Below are positions 12,241 through 24,549 of a stretch of DNA of 64,000 bases, in pieces. The notes under the pieces were generated by a model. That model did not search any database, was not told the DNA's origin, and saw only the letters and a program-made list of their open reading frames with translations. Positions within the stretch are counted from its first letter, which is position 1; each line of letters opens with the position of its first letter. Made by a program: the position numbers and the translations under genes. Source of the stretch: Felis catus (Eukaryota); NCBI RefSeq assembly GCF_018350175.1, contig NC_058368.1:93436001-93500000 (forward strand), written 5' to 3'.

Positions 12241-14054
12241 TTTTCCCTATTCAAATTATTTTTATGGTTCTTATCTCCTGACAGAGCATTGCACATTTCT
12301 AAGGGATATGTGAATTGAGTTACATAGTGTGCAACCTGCCCAACTGTACATGACAGCACAACACAACATCCCACACATTTTATTGAGGTACTCCTCAGTT
12401 TACCTGTCAGTCACCTCCACTAGACTACTCTATGGCAGGCTACTCTATGGCAGGGACTAAGGAAGACACTAAAGCAAGGTGTTAAAGGCTGGGGCTCTAT
12501 AGCCCAATTGCGGTCCCAACACTTAAAAGGCAATGGTCAGAAAATGGGGGGAAATTGACTTTCCTCATAAAACTGGCTGTGAGGATTAGCAGAGAAAAAA
12601 AAAAAGAACTGATAAACACTATGCTTGGGATCGAGTCTATGCACAGGAAGACCTAGTTGCTTTTACTGCTGAATTCATTGTGTATTCCCAGCATCTTAAA
12701 CAGTGACTAGAACCCAGTAGGTGCTCCATGACTGTTGAATGAGTGAACTCATGTCTCTTAATATACAAAGAAGCTTTGCCTCTAAGATAAAAGACCAAAA
12801 TAGTTGTAGAAAGACACTTTATTTTTCAATTGTTGGGAAGCCTGTGGCTTTGGAAATCATTTTCCTATATCCTGTATATATTCAATGGCAATTAGAGATG
12901 GGAAGAAAAAGAAATGACAGCTAAAACAACCGGGAAAGAACTATAAAAGATAGACGACCACTCAGAGAGAGGATGTGAATCAAATATAGAAAATAAAAAT
13001 ATTTTAAAATTATATGTATTTTTAGTTTAAAAACATATTTTTAAAAAACCAGAAAAAAATCTAAAAAATAATACATGTGAGAAGCTGAAGAAGGGTGGGA
13101 AAAATGAAAATTATACAGAGAAATGGTTAGCAGAGATTAAAAAAAAAGGAATATAGTTCTATATAAACCATCTTGGGACGTTTTCATAATTGAGGACACT
13201 CATTGGCTCTTCCCTCCCATGGTTTTGGCCTCATTCGCCCTTCTCTTCTTCCCTCTTAATTCTGCTTGCTTCTTAGGGGCAATGGGAATTCACCTCTGGA
13301 AGAGCCGATGTAGAGGGACCCATCACCCTGAGACATTTGTCCTTGTCGCTGGGCCGCTGGCCCCTGCGGCAAACAGGAGTGTCTCTTCTGTTCCTGCTAC
13401 TTTTCACGGGCTTCATTGACTGCGGCCAGCTCTGTAGGGTGCTCGCTCTGTTTGCAGGGTTACGAAAACAAAAAAAAGCTCTCCACTGTGAGAAGCCTGC
13501 ACTGGAAGGGGTTAGCCTCTTCCCGCTGGGGAATTTTCCCCCATCTCAAAATGAAACTGGGTTAATTGGGAAGGGCACAGAGAAATCCAGAAGCCCAATT
13601 AAGAAAATCTGAAATCTCCCAATTAATAAGATAATTGTTACATGGCTTTAGGGCAGCATTTGGAGCTTTAGAAAAGAAACCACTTGTTCCTGGCTTAGCC
13701 TCAGAGTGGCTTAAGATCTTTTCCACCCCAGGAAAGGAGCCTAGAGGTACAGAGATGTCAAGAAGTTCAGACAGAATGCCCTTGTGGAAAGCCCCAGATG
13801 GATGCCAAGCGCCCCAAAGATCCTGAGCAGAAATATTTCTTGCATATTGGACTTTATTCCAGGGGTATAACCAGTGTCAAAACCTCCGCCTAAGGGGCCT
13901 GACATATACAGACAACATTCTTGGCCACCCATCCTGGATGCCCATCGACGTGCTCTGATCCTTCTCTGTACTCCAATACTATCCTGTATTAACAGGGTGT
14001 GCCCTCTCGGCTCTCTACAGTCTGGGTAGCATTTGCTACTTCTCTGGTGGTTTT

Positions 14055-14228
14055 TATTTAAAGTTTATTTATTTATTTGATAGAGAAAGAGAGAAAGAGA
14101 ATCCCAAGAAGCCTCCTTGCTATCAGCACAGAGTCCAATGCGGAGCTCAAACCCACGAACCGTGAGATCATGACCTGAGTGGAAATCAAGGGTCAGATGC
14201 CAAACTGACTGAGTCACACAGATGCCCC
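14055..14228 (-). mobile_element. Can-SINE (tandem pair, first)
   Basis: Reverse SINE body. Confidence 0.9.
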
Positions 14229-14249
14229 TTCTCTGGGGCTTTTTACTTT

Positions 14250-14443
14250 ATTTTTTTTTAATGTTTATTTAAGAGAGAGGGAGTGATCAGGAGAGAAGCA
14301 GAGAGAGAGGGAGAGACCCCAAGCAGGCTCCGCGCTGTCAGCACAGAGTCCAATGCAGGGCTTGAACCCATGAACTGTGAGATCATGACCTGAGCTGAAA
14401 TCAAGAGTTGGATGGTGAACCAACTGAGCCACGCAGGCACCCC
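14250..14443 (-). mobile_element. Can-SINE (tandem pair, second)
   Basis: Reverse SINE body. Confidence 0.92.
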
Positions 14444-15149
14444 TGGGCTTTTTAAATCAAGATACAGTCTCCATGAAAGACTGAGAATAAGAGGTGGTGG
14501 GAGAGAGACCAGCTTTGTGGGCTGAGGCCCTGTAGGAGGGAGGCCCCGCCTCTCACTGGAGGCTGGTGGGTCATCTTCTGCACTGAATGGAGCTTCTATT
14601 TGTGAGGTCAAGAGGCCCTGAGGAAAACAGACACAAGAGCTGAGAGGAACCCACAGTCCCCGGGGGCACAGTCACCTCCATCACGAAGCAGACACTTTGC
14701 TCCCAACGAGAGCTCTGTCCTTGCCATGACAGACCCAGCCACCATCTGTCTCCTTCCAGCTCCTGTTATGGTCTGTCCTTTCTCTGGTACAGGATGGGTG
14801 GGGGAGCCAGCTGTCCATGGTCTTAATCCATGAGGGTGTCAGGCCAGGTTGCCCTCAGTGTGGACGCCGAGTGGCCTGTGGGCCTCATGGACGGGAGCCT
14901 GGGCCATTCTGTGTGGGCCTCGCACCAGCGTCTCGGACACCAGGGCCTCACTGTCCATGGCAGCGATGTCCCTTCACTCGCATGATATGGTGCTGTTATC
15001 CTTGAAACAGGTGTCGGGTTTTGTTTCTCATTCTATTCTGCAGGGAGGAGAGTGAAACAATAAGGTGCTGAGGCCTGGCCACAGCAGCACTGGGACCTAC
15101 CTTCTATAGGAGAGCATTGCTGGAGGTCTGAATGGAAAATACTATTGAC

Positions 15150-15334
15150 GGGGCGCCTGGGTGTCTCAGTCAGCCAAGCATCTGACCCAGGTCGGGTCAT
15201 GATCTCACGGTTTGTAAGTTTGAGCCCCACATCAGGCTCTCTGCTGTCAGCACAGAGCCTGCTTTAGTTCCTCTCTCTCTCTCTCCCTGCCCCTGTGCAT
15301 GCTTGTTCTCTGTCAGCAATAAATAAACATTAAA
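15150..15334 (+). mobile_element. Can-SINE
   Basis: GGGGCGCCTGGGTGTCTCAG head. Confidence 0.92.
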
Positions 15335-15429
15335 AGAAGAAGAAGAAGAAGGAGGAGGAGGAGGAGGAGGAGGAGGAGGAGGAGGAAGAGGAGGAGGAAG
15401 AGGAGGAGGAAGAGGAGGAGGAAGAGGAG

Positions 15430-15461
<32 letters not shown>

Positions 15462-15633
15462 GGAGGAGGAGGAGGAGGAAGAGGAAGAGGAAGAGGAGGA
15501 AGAGGAGGAGGAGGAGGAGGAGGAGGAGGAAGAGGAGGAAGAGGAGGAGGAGGAGGAGGAGGAGGAGGAGGAGGAGGAAGAGGAGGAGGAGGAGGAGGAG
15601 GAAGAGGAGGAAGAGGAGGAGGAGGAGGAGGAG
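15335..15633. repeat. (GAA)/(GAG)n polypurine repeat, about 300 bp
   Basis: Directly visible. Confidence 0.97.
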
Positions 15634-15845
15634 GCGCCTGGGTGGCTCGGTTAGTTAGGCTCCAACTTTGGCTCAGGTCATGATCTTGCAGTCTCTGAGC
15701 TGAAGGGCTGCATCAGGCTCTGTGCTGACAGCTCGGAGCCTGGAGCCTGCTTCAGATTCTGTGTCTCCCTCTCCCTCTGCCCCTCCCCAGCTAACATTCT
15801 ATCTCTCTCTCAAAAATAAATAAACATTAAATTTTTTTTAAAAAG
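15632..15845 (+). mobile_element. Can-SINE
   Basis: Full SINE body followed by a short (GAA)n run. Confidence 0.93.
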
Positions 15846-16412
15846 AAGAAGAAGAAGAAAACACCACTGTCCATACCTAAAGTTAGCCATTCTGGTACAT
15901 TCTGCGTATCTTCAATCAAGCCTGCTGGCATCTCTTTCCCTTTGAATTACCAGCAAAGTTTTTGGAATACAAAGGGTAATTTCTGCTCTGTGGGCAGGAA
16001 AGCCCTTAACCAAATGTAAACTCTGCACTGTTCATTGTTCACATTTTACTTCGCCACGTGGTCCCTGACACCCCATAAGAAAAAAAACTGAGATTTCTTC
16101 TCTCGAATCAGCGGGATGGTTGGTGATTAGCCAAGTTCCACCACATTTCCCCAGCAACAACAAAAAATGTCCTATAGACTTTTGCACTTGGGGATTTGGG
16201 GATTTTTTTTTCCTTTTTAATATTCTCTCCCCCGATGTTTTACCCCTATAGGCCTGGGAATTAATGAACAATTGTTAAGTATTCATACATTTGATTTCAA
16301 AATCTCAAGAATAGTACTCAGTCAAGTTCCCACACATTAAAGGAAAAGCAAAGAAGCTGAAATGCATCAAAACACAGGTGGCTCATCTGTGTTAAAAATC
16401 ATGCCTCCCCCC

Positions 16413-16615
16413 AGGCACCTGGGGGCTCAGTGGGTTAAGGGTCTCACTCTTGATTTTGGCTCAGGTTATGATCTCACAGTTCGTGAGTTTGAGCCCTGCA
16501 TCAGGCTCGGGGCTGATGGTGCAGAGCCTGGTTAGGATTCTCTTTGTCTCCCTCTCTCTCTGCCCCTCCCCTGCTCATGCTCTTGGTTTTTCCAAGCTTA
16601 AAAAAAAAAAAAAAA
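16413..16615 (+). mobile_element. Can-SINE
   Basis: SINE body with poly(A). Confidence 0.9.
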
Positions 16616-16779
16616 TCACACCTCCCCAAAAGATTTCTGTAAGGAACCTGTATGAACACTTGAGCCTGTATTTTACCGAGCGAATTTCCTGCAGAGGAAT
16701 GTAGCAGAGCCAAAGTCTCATGGTGATCCTTGACTGGATTTACATGGGTGGCTTTTCCCCACGGAGTACAAAAGAAACG

Positions 16780-17873
16780 TGAACCCCAGGCCCGGGTCCT
16801 CCTGTCACCTCTATATCAATGACAAGCTGCAGCAGACTGCGGCTCAGCTGCCCGGGTGCGGTGACTGGCACGGTTGTTGGAAAGTAATAGGAGACGTGTC
16901 AGGGAAGACGGTAGGTAGCAGAAGCGATAATGAGACCCTGAGATCCCCACCCCCCACCAAGATTAAATGTGCGACTGGCTTCCTTCTCTAATTAGACATT
17001 TATACCATTCACCGTCCAACCTTAAGAAACATCCAGGGGCTGCGATTGAGCGTGCCAATTTTTCTATTGACCTTTCACAGCTTTGGGAAGCAAAACCCCC
17101 TCTGTTGGGGGGGCGGCCAGGGGACTCAGCCCTCCCTCCCACCGCGAGGCGCGCACACAGTCTGCCAGTCCTTCCGCAAAGCCCGCTGTCACAGGCGGGG
17201 ACTCAGGGAGGGAGGGATGGTCTGTTGAATGTTTGCATCTTCCATCCAAAGAATTTTTCCCCATATGCTACAGGCAGCCTCGGATCACGGAAGCGTTTTC
17301 TGTGCTTTCTGCACGGAACAGCTTGTCTCTTCCTGCTGCTTTACAAGCATAAAGAAGAGGAAATAAATACTCAAGTTTTCTGGGGAGTTATAGGCAAATG
17401 CTTAGTGCTCTGCATCTTGTGACTGTAAACATTCACACTGCCTTCTCTCCCCCTTCTCTCTGGCTTTTGGGAGATTTCGAGTATTTCTGAGGACACAATG
17501 GTCTTTAACGACGTGACCTTGGACCAAAGACACGCCAGTTGCAATGAGATGGAACCACAGAGAATTAGTGTGATCCTGGGGAAGGGGCAGGGGTCAGAGA
17601 GAGCAGAGACCTTCTCCCCAGAGCTGCTTCTACTTCTCATTAGCTGTTTGGCCTCGAACAACCCCCCCCCCCCGCCCCCCCCACCCCGTACCTCTCTGGG
17701 CTTTGATTGTCTATAATCCAAAATGAAACGGAAAGCAGAGAGGGTGACCGTTCCGGCTAGCAACATGACCAAACTAGGCTTCTCCTATCAGTTATTGGCA
17801 CAACTTATCCTCCAGCCATTTATGTATGTCCCATAACGCACACGTACGGGACACACATGCGCGAGCGCGCGCG

Positions 17874-17925
<52 letters not shown>

Positions 17926-17930
17926 GTGCA
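16780..17930. promoter_or_regulatory. CpG-retaining putative promoter/enhancer
   Basis: Many CpGs in unique DNA; GCCAAT at 17054; GC boxes at 17111 and 17194; C-run at 17662-17687. Confidence 0.4.
17865..17920. repeat. (GC)9(AC)n alternating purine-pyrimidine tract
   Basis: Directly visible. Confidence 0.95.
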
Positions 17931-18069
17931 CGTAAGTATATTTTAAAGAAATTAAAAATTAAGAATAGTTTTTAAATGAAGGCAGAGGATGGTAGATAGA
18001 AAAACTAAAACTGTCAAGGGCCTCCTGAAGGCTTAGAATTGACCATCTTTTTTTTTATGATGGGTGAAT

Positions 18070-18269
18070 ATTTTTTAATGTTTTAATGATTTTTGAGAGA
18101 GTGCATGTGAGCTCAAATGGGGGAGAGACAGAGAGAGGGGGGCAGAAGATCCCAAGTTGGCTCTGAGCTGTCATTACAGAGACCCACGTGGGGATCAAAC
18201 TCACAAACCGGGAGATCATGACCTGAGCCAAAGTCAGACTCTCAACCGACTGAGCCACCCAGGCACCCC
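18070..18269 (-). mobile_element. Can-SINE
   Basis: Reverse SINE; TTGACCATCTT on both flanks. Confidence 0.93.
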
Positions 18270-18379
18270 TAGACTTGACCATCTTAATGACAACACTACC
18301 TTAAGATTATGCAATTCTTTACCCCCAGAAATGCTGTGTGATTATTCCCCCAAAACCAGCTCTACCCACAGACTTTCTC

Positions 18380-19215
18380 CATCTCCATAAATAGCAATTC
18401 TGGTCTCCTAATTGCTCATGCCAAACCCTGAGATTCAGCTTTGACTCTTCTCTCCTACCTCCCCCTTTCCACTTGTCAACAAATCCTGTCTGCCTCATCT
18501 GGAAATATACTCAGACTGGGAACACCCCTCCCTTGGTCTCCCCACTAAGTCTATCTGCAACACAATGGCAGAGTTTAGAAAGTAGGAAAGATCCTGTGTC
18601 ACTGGTGATCCAGACCCTGCAAAGGGTTCCCTCTCTCTCAGAGTTAAGCCCAAGACCCTGCCTGCATGGCCCAGAGAGCCCACTTGCTCCGAATGGACCC
18701 CCCACCTCTTGTATCCTCTGGAACACATATACCAGCCTCTCTGCTATTCCTCTGACACACCAGATGCACCTCAAGGCCTTGGACCAGAACATTCTTTCAC
18801 CCTTCCCCCACCTTTAAGATTTACACCCTGGCTGGCTCTTCAAGCCCCTCATGAATGTGAATGGGATTTCTCTCTCCCTCCCTCTCTCTCTGCCCCTCCT
18901 CCCTCCAGGCAAGCTCTCCCTTTCAAAATAAATAAGTAAACACTTTTTTTTAATGTGAATGAGAATTTCCCTGACCTCCATCCTGCCCTTGATACTACAG
19001 ACCTTCTTATTATATCCCATCTTAAGATCTTAGGCTACAACGCTTACCCCCCCCCCCACAGGCATTTACTAGTTTATTTGTTTATACTTTCTGACTCCTT
19101 CCCCCAGACCAACCCCACAGGGTATGTAAGGTCCATGAGGGCAGAGGCTCTTTCCAGTTTGTTTTGTGCTAATCCTCATGGCTAGAGCGGCACCTAGTAG
19201 GAGCTCAATGAACAT
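18380..19215 (+). mobile_element. L2 relic, interrupted by a SINE fragment at about 18864-18950
   Basis: TGTAAGGTCCATGAGGGCAGAG...CACCTAGTAGGAGCTCAATGAAC matches an L2 3' end. Confidence 0.6.
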
Positions 19216-19645
19216 GATGCTATGAACAAAAGCACCCAATATGTTATTAATGAACGTCTACTTTGTGAGGCTAGTGGCTGAAATAGCGTAGTGAAAGAGC
19301 TAACGTGGGCTCTGCTTGATGGCTGCCGTTACTGGGAGAAAACCTACTGCATGGATTATTTATTGACTTATTTACATTAGATCATCTCAGGTAGTGATAA
19401 AGAATAACAGGATAAAGAAAGGCTAAGGGGTAGGTATGATGGGGAACTACTTGGAGCTGAGACCTGAATGTCAAGGAGGCAGCCTGGAGTACAAAAGCAT
19501 TCTAAGCAGAAGAAATGTTAATGCAAAGGCCCTGGGGCAGGTACAAAGGTGGGGGTGTTGCAAGAACAGACAGAACTTGATGTTCCAACCGAGCCTGGGA
19601 GGAGGTGAGGACTAAAATGAGCAGAGGGTGAGAACAAGACTCACA

Positions 19646-19855
19646 GGGGCGCCTGGGTTGTTCAGTCGGTGGAGCACCCAACTTCAGGTCAGGTGAGTTC
19701 GAGCCCCACGTCCAACTCTGTGTGCACAGCTCAGAGCCTGGAGCCTGCTTCGGATTCTGTGTCTCCCTCTCTCTCTGCCTCTCCCCCACTCGTGCTCTCT
19801 CTCTCTCTCTCTCTCCCTCAAAAGTAAACATTAAAAAAATTAAAAACAAAAAAGA
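19646..19855 (+). mobile_element. Can-SINE
   Basis: SINE body; AGAACAA(A)GACTCACA TSD. Confidence 0.94.
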
Positions 19856-19949
19856 ACAAAGACTCACATTTTATGGTAAATCTCACAGAAGTCAGTGGAG
19901 GGATTTAAGCAGGTAAATGAGACAGTCTAATTGATGTTTTAAGTTTTTC

Positions 19950-20146
19950 TTCATTTTTTAAATATTTACTTATTTTGAGAGACAGTAAGAGAATGTGAGT
20001 GGGGGACGGGCAGCGATAAAAGGAGAGAGAGAATTCTAAGCAGGCTCCACACAGCCAGCATGGAGCCCAGTGTGGGCGATGAACCCACAAACCATGAGCC
20101 GAAACCAAGAGTCGGACGCATAACAAACAGAGCCACCCAGTTGCCT
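19950..20146 (-). mobile_element. Can-SINE
   Basis: Reverse SINE body. Confidence 0.88.
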
Positions 20147-21436
20147 GTAACTGACATTTTTAAATACTCCTCTGACTTCTCTATGGAGAATGGTCTTTTT
20201 GCGAAATAACAGTGCAATCAGGAGGCTGCCATACAGTCATCCAGGGAGAACCAAGATAGAGGGGCCGAGAGAGTGAAAAACCGTCACAAAGCTAAAATGG
20301 GTATCATCGTCCCCGTTTACAAAGACACAGAACCCTAGAGAAAGAAGCTGGTATGGTCTCGAGACCGGCATGGCAAAGGACTGCCAGAGGAAGGACTGGC
20401 ACTCAGTTCTCTCCATTCCCGGTCACCTAATAGGACGCTAGTTAAAAATCCATCTCTTGAATTAATTAGTCCTAACAACTAAATAAAGACCACTTCCGGC
20501 AAAATGTCTCCCATAAAATCATTCCTCAGCCTCCCTTCCTCCTGAGCTTCAAGGGTCCTCTTCTAAAGGAAGTACGATTACAGACAGACCCGAAAGTGAC
20601 AGGCAGGGGGCCCCTGACAGGTGTCCCCTCCCTCTCATACCTGCAGTTTGGCAATGAGCAGTCTGGTATGGCTAGTTCGCCAACAACTGCTTCTGGAAAA
20701 GGAAATACCAAATGGAGTTTAACTGACAAGACCGCACGTCGTGTCCTCCTGGATGAGCCTCCTGGAGGAAGGATTGATACCCAAGGAATCACCAGGGAGC
20801 AGAGAACCTGGGGGAACCGCAGGCACGACTCTCTGGATAGTGCTGATAATCATCTGCAGGAGGGACCCTGACAATAACTAATGAGAGATAAGAAGCCGCT
20901 CAAGGAGAAATGTCACAACAACTTGGCAAGAACCTAGTCATGAGACCCGGATTCCGGTCCAGGCTCTGGTATCTGTGGGATCCCCACTGGGCCGGTGGAG
21001 GGTAGAAGTGGGGAGCAGATCACATGAGTGGCTCTGTTCACTGGGGTTCCTGGAAGGATTCCATAAAGCTGGCCTAATCACCCTCTTCTCCCTTTTCAAG
21101 GGTTACGGAGAAGCCACGTGTATATATATGAGCAACATGTAAAACAATAAGCTCATGTCAACAACTCTCATGGAAGTTTTATGGTTTTAGTCAATTAAAG
21201 AAATGGAAAATATTTATCTCTCACAAAGCAATTCAAAAGAAATCTCTGTAAAAAGACACGTGGAATAGAGATGAAGGGAAGTGACAGAAGAAATCCTTGA
21301 GAGAGGTAGGAAACTATGTGATTCTCCCTGATTCCAACCAGCTTTAACAGTGTAGAGACTCTCAAACAAAAGTTGGCCGGGGGGTGGGGGGGGTGGGGAA
21401 GGGGCGGGGGGGAGGGGGGAAGGAGCGGGGGGGGGG

Positions 21437-21632
21437 GGCAGTGCCTGGGTGGCTCAGTCAGTTAAGCATCTGACTCTTGGTAACAGCTCAGGTCATGATC
21501 TCATGGTTCCTGAGATCAAGCCCCACGTTGGGCTCTGTGCTAACAGTATGGAACCTGCTTAGGATTCTCTTTCCCTTTCTCTCTGCCCCTCCCCTACATG
21601 CACACAGGCTCTAAATAAATAAATAAATAAAT
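21437..21632 (+). mobile_element. Can-SINE (its tail continues as (TAAA)n at 21857-21900)
   Basis: SINE body; tail split by a nested SINE. Confidence 0.92.
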
Positions 21633-21634
21633 AC

Positions 21635-21839
21635 TTTTTTTTAATTTTTAAAAGAAGTTTTAAATGTTTACTTATTTTTGAGAAAGAGAGAGAGCATGAG
21701 CAGGGGAGGGGCAGAGAGAGAGGCAGACACAGAATCTGAAACACACTCCAGACTCTGAGCTGTCAGCATGGAGCCTAGCCTGACACAGGGCTCGAACCCA
21801 TGAACCATGGGATCTTGATCTGAGCCACCCAGGTACCCC
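21635..21839 (-). mobile_element. Can-SINE nested in the tail of the previous SINE
   Basis: Flanked by AAATAAA(T/C)AAATACTT. Confidence 0.9.
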
Positions 21840-21853
21840 AAATAAACAAATAC

Positions 21854-21897
<44 letters not shown>

Positions 21898-23934
21898 ATA
21901 GCAGTCTAGAGACTCTCTTCTACTAAAAATCCCTGGCAGGAGCAGGGAACACTCATAGGAGGTGCCACTAAAAGATTGAGCACATGTGAAGCCAGGATGG
22001 GCCCCAGCTAGTACATGTGCAAAGGTATGATTCCATGACAAGGCCATTTCCTGGGGGGTAACACTGCTTTCCAAGTGGGTTAGAGTAGACAAGACATGAC
22101 AGGGGGAATAGCATGGGCCCAGGAGTCAGGAGGCTTAGGTTCCAGGTCTGGGATGCACTTGAATCACTGAACCATTCTGAGCCTCTGTCTCTTGACCCCG
22201 TAAAATGGGATGGATTTCACTAGGGGATCCTTAAGGCCCCCTGAAAGCTTCAGTTCTGTAAGTCCAGAGATTTCAATAAGGTCATTTGGTTTTATCCTGG
22301 ATCCCCTAGTACCAGAAGCTAAGGCAAAGATACCATGCTAGCATTTTAGTGCGAGGGTACACTGCCAGGGGAAAAAAGAAGGGAAATAAAAGTGAGGTTA
22401 GAGAAGGCAGGGAGCATATACAAGGGGGTGTGTGGTCAGCTGGCCACACCTTTACAGCACATGCTGCATATGGCTCATTGTCGTGAACTGAGTTCCAGAA
22501 CCATCCAGAGAGGGGAGCAAAGGAGAGTGGAGTGTGGCCAACAGCTCTCAGCTGAGGCCCTCTGCAGGAAATGAAATCAGACAGAGGGCCACTTCAACCA
22601 AAGTCGCACCCCCTGCCAAGGGCAGCCCAGATCCAATGACCAGTTGTTCAGGGGTTCCAAAGGCTCAGCCCCATGGCATCCATACGGGGCAACTCTGTGA
22701 AGCCATCCTCATAGGGGACCTCCATACACTGGCGGGGGCCTTTGTTGTCAAAGCATCACACGTGGACCCCACCCTCTGTCCAACCCACTCTGCTAGAGAG
22801 AAGTAGCTTGTCCCTAAATCTCAGGAACACGTAGCAATAATTTTAAGTAAAGTAGAGGCAAAATCCGAAATCCTTTTATCCCTCTCCTCTCAACCACTGT
22901 TCTTGGAAGTGAACAAATGCTTTGTGTCATTCCGCTTTCAATTCAAAGGTGCCATCGAGGACAAAGACGACCATTTGTTATTGCCGGAGAAGTTCCCGCC
23001 CAAGAAATGACTTAGCTATGAATATGCATATCAAGTAGATGCATTCAACTTTGGAGTATTTACATGGAATATCAATATTAATTCGTGTTCTTAAACTCCT
23101 AATGTTCCCGAGCATGCCTGCCTTCTCAGATTTCTCTGACTCTCCCAGAATGAAGAGGCCCCAAGAGTTCACAAAAAAATGTCAAGTCTGGATTTAAGGA
23201 AAATCCCAGGAGAACCTTTTCAAACCATGAGCACACTCTCCGAGAACACGATGATGGCCCTGAGTCCTTAATGTTCTACTCTCCTTTCTCTGTTAGCCAG
23301 CCCTGAGCACCTGCTCTCCAAAAAGCCCTGGCTTTTTCTGCCATCTTGGGCCAATGTCCCTGCTTGCCTGTCAACAGAAGTGAGAGATGTATGATATTCT
23401 ATCTGGTCTACATGGCACAAAAGGAAGGGGGGAAATCACATCCAAACTTAAACATTCAGGACAAAAGATCCACTTTGGAACCTGGATGATCTCTATTCCT
23501 TGTTGACACTGATCAGATAAACTCCTAGCTACCTATGTTTCCTTTCTCATTCTGCTTTAGGCAGCGTTAACCACAGTAGAGTGCCCACAGCAGAAGTATC
23601 AAAAATCTCCTTCCTCTCTGCAGTCTGGATCATGCCAGGTTGAGCTGGCAAAGTATTGGATTGACTTCACTTTAACACACTTAGAAAGGGATGGAGGTAA
23701 TTATTAGGTGGTCCCAAAGAAAGCACAAGAGTACGGAAAGAAAAAGCATGCTCTACAAAGAACCAGCAAAAGAAGTGGGGCTCTGGATCTGGGCAAACCA
23801 GTCAGCATTGCCTTTATGTGGAAATGTGCACTACAGTCAAGAGAACAGGTGTATACTTTGTAGTTTTAGCTCTGTTCAGGCTTTTAGTGGCAAAAAGTAG
23901 AAACTAACAGGTTAGCAAAAAAAGGAGGAGGAAG

Positions 23935-24160
23935 GGGGGCACCTGGGTGGCTCAGTCAGTTGAGCTTCCGACTTCGGCTCAGGACATGATCTCACTGTTC
24001 ATGGGTTTGAGCCCCGCATCGGGCTCTGTGCTGACACCTTTAGAAGCCTGGAGCCTGATTCTGATTCTGTGTCTCCCTCTCTCTCTGCCCCTCCTCTGCT
24101 TGCACTCTGTCTCTCTCTCAAAAATAAATAAATGTTAAATAGAATTTTTGAAAAAAAGAA
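23935..24160 (+). mobile_element. Can-SINE
   Basis: Full SINE body. Confidence 0.93.
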
Positions 24161-24549
24161 GTAAAAAAGAAGGACAAAGGAGAAAAAACTGAAGTGGATC
24201 CAGAAGAAAAACCATCACTTACTGAAAGGATAGGAGGTAGTTCAAAGAATAAATGGAAAACTTAGGAATTAGACTAAGAAGCCATGGCAGTAGGGCAGGC
24301 CCACGGACTTAGGTAGTAGCTGTGGTCATTAGGAACTATTACTTTAGTCTCCCCTTGTTTTAAATTCTCCAAAGTCAGCCTCCCATTGACCAACCTTGCG
24401 TCACACGCCCACCTCTTGGCTGGTAGATGGTGGAAGACACTTGGCAGGCAGTCTGCCTGCAGTAAGAAACAAGTTAGTCCCTGAAGAAAAAGCCAGGTGC
24501 AGTTCCCAAAAGAAGGGGGAAAGATCTTGGGTAGTCTAAATCAGAATGC

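Noticed and set aside
12425..12454. 15-bp tandem duplication CTACTCTATGGCAGG
   Set aside because: An ordinary slippage duplication; not a CRISPR-like or regular array.
15335..15633. Poly-Glu reading frame
   Set aside because: A simple repeat between two SINEs, with no start codon or splice context.
16967..17772. Overlapping 130-150 aa ORFs
   Set aside because: Expected by chance in GC-richer DNA; no recognisable domain.
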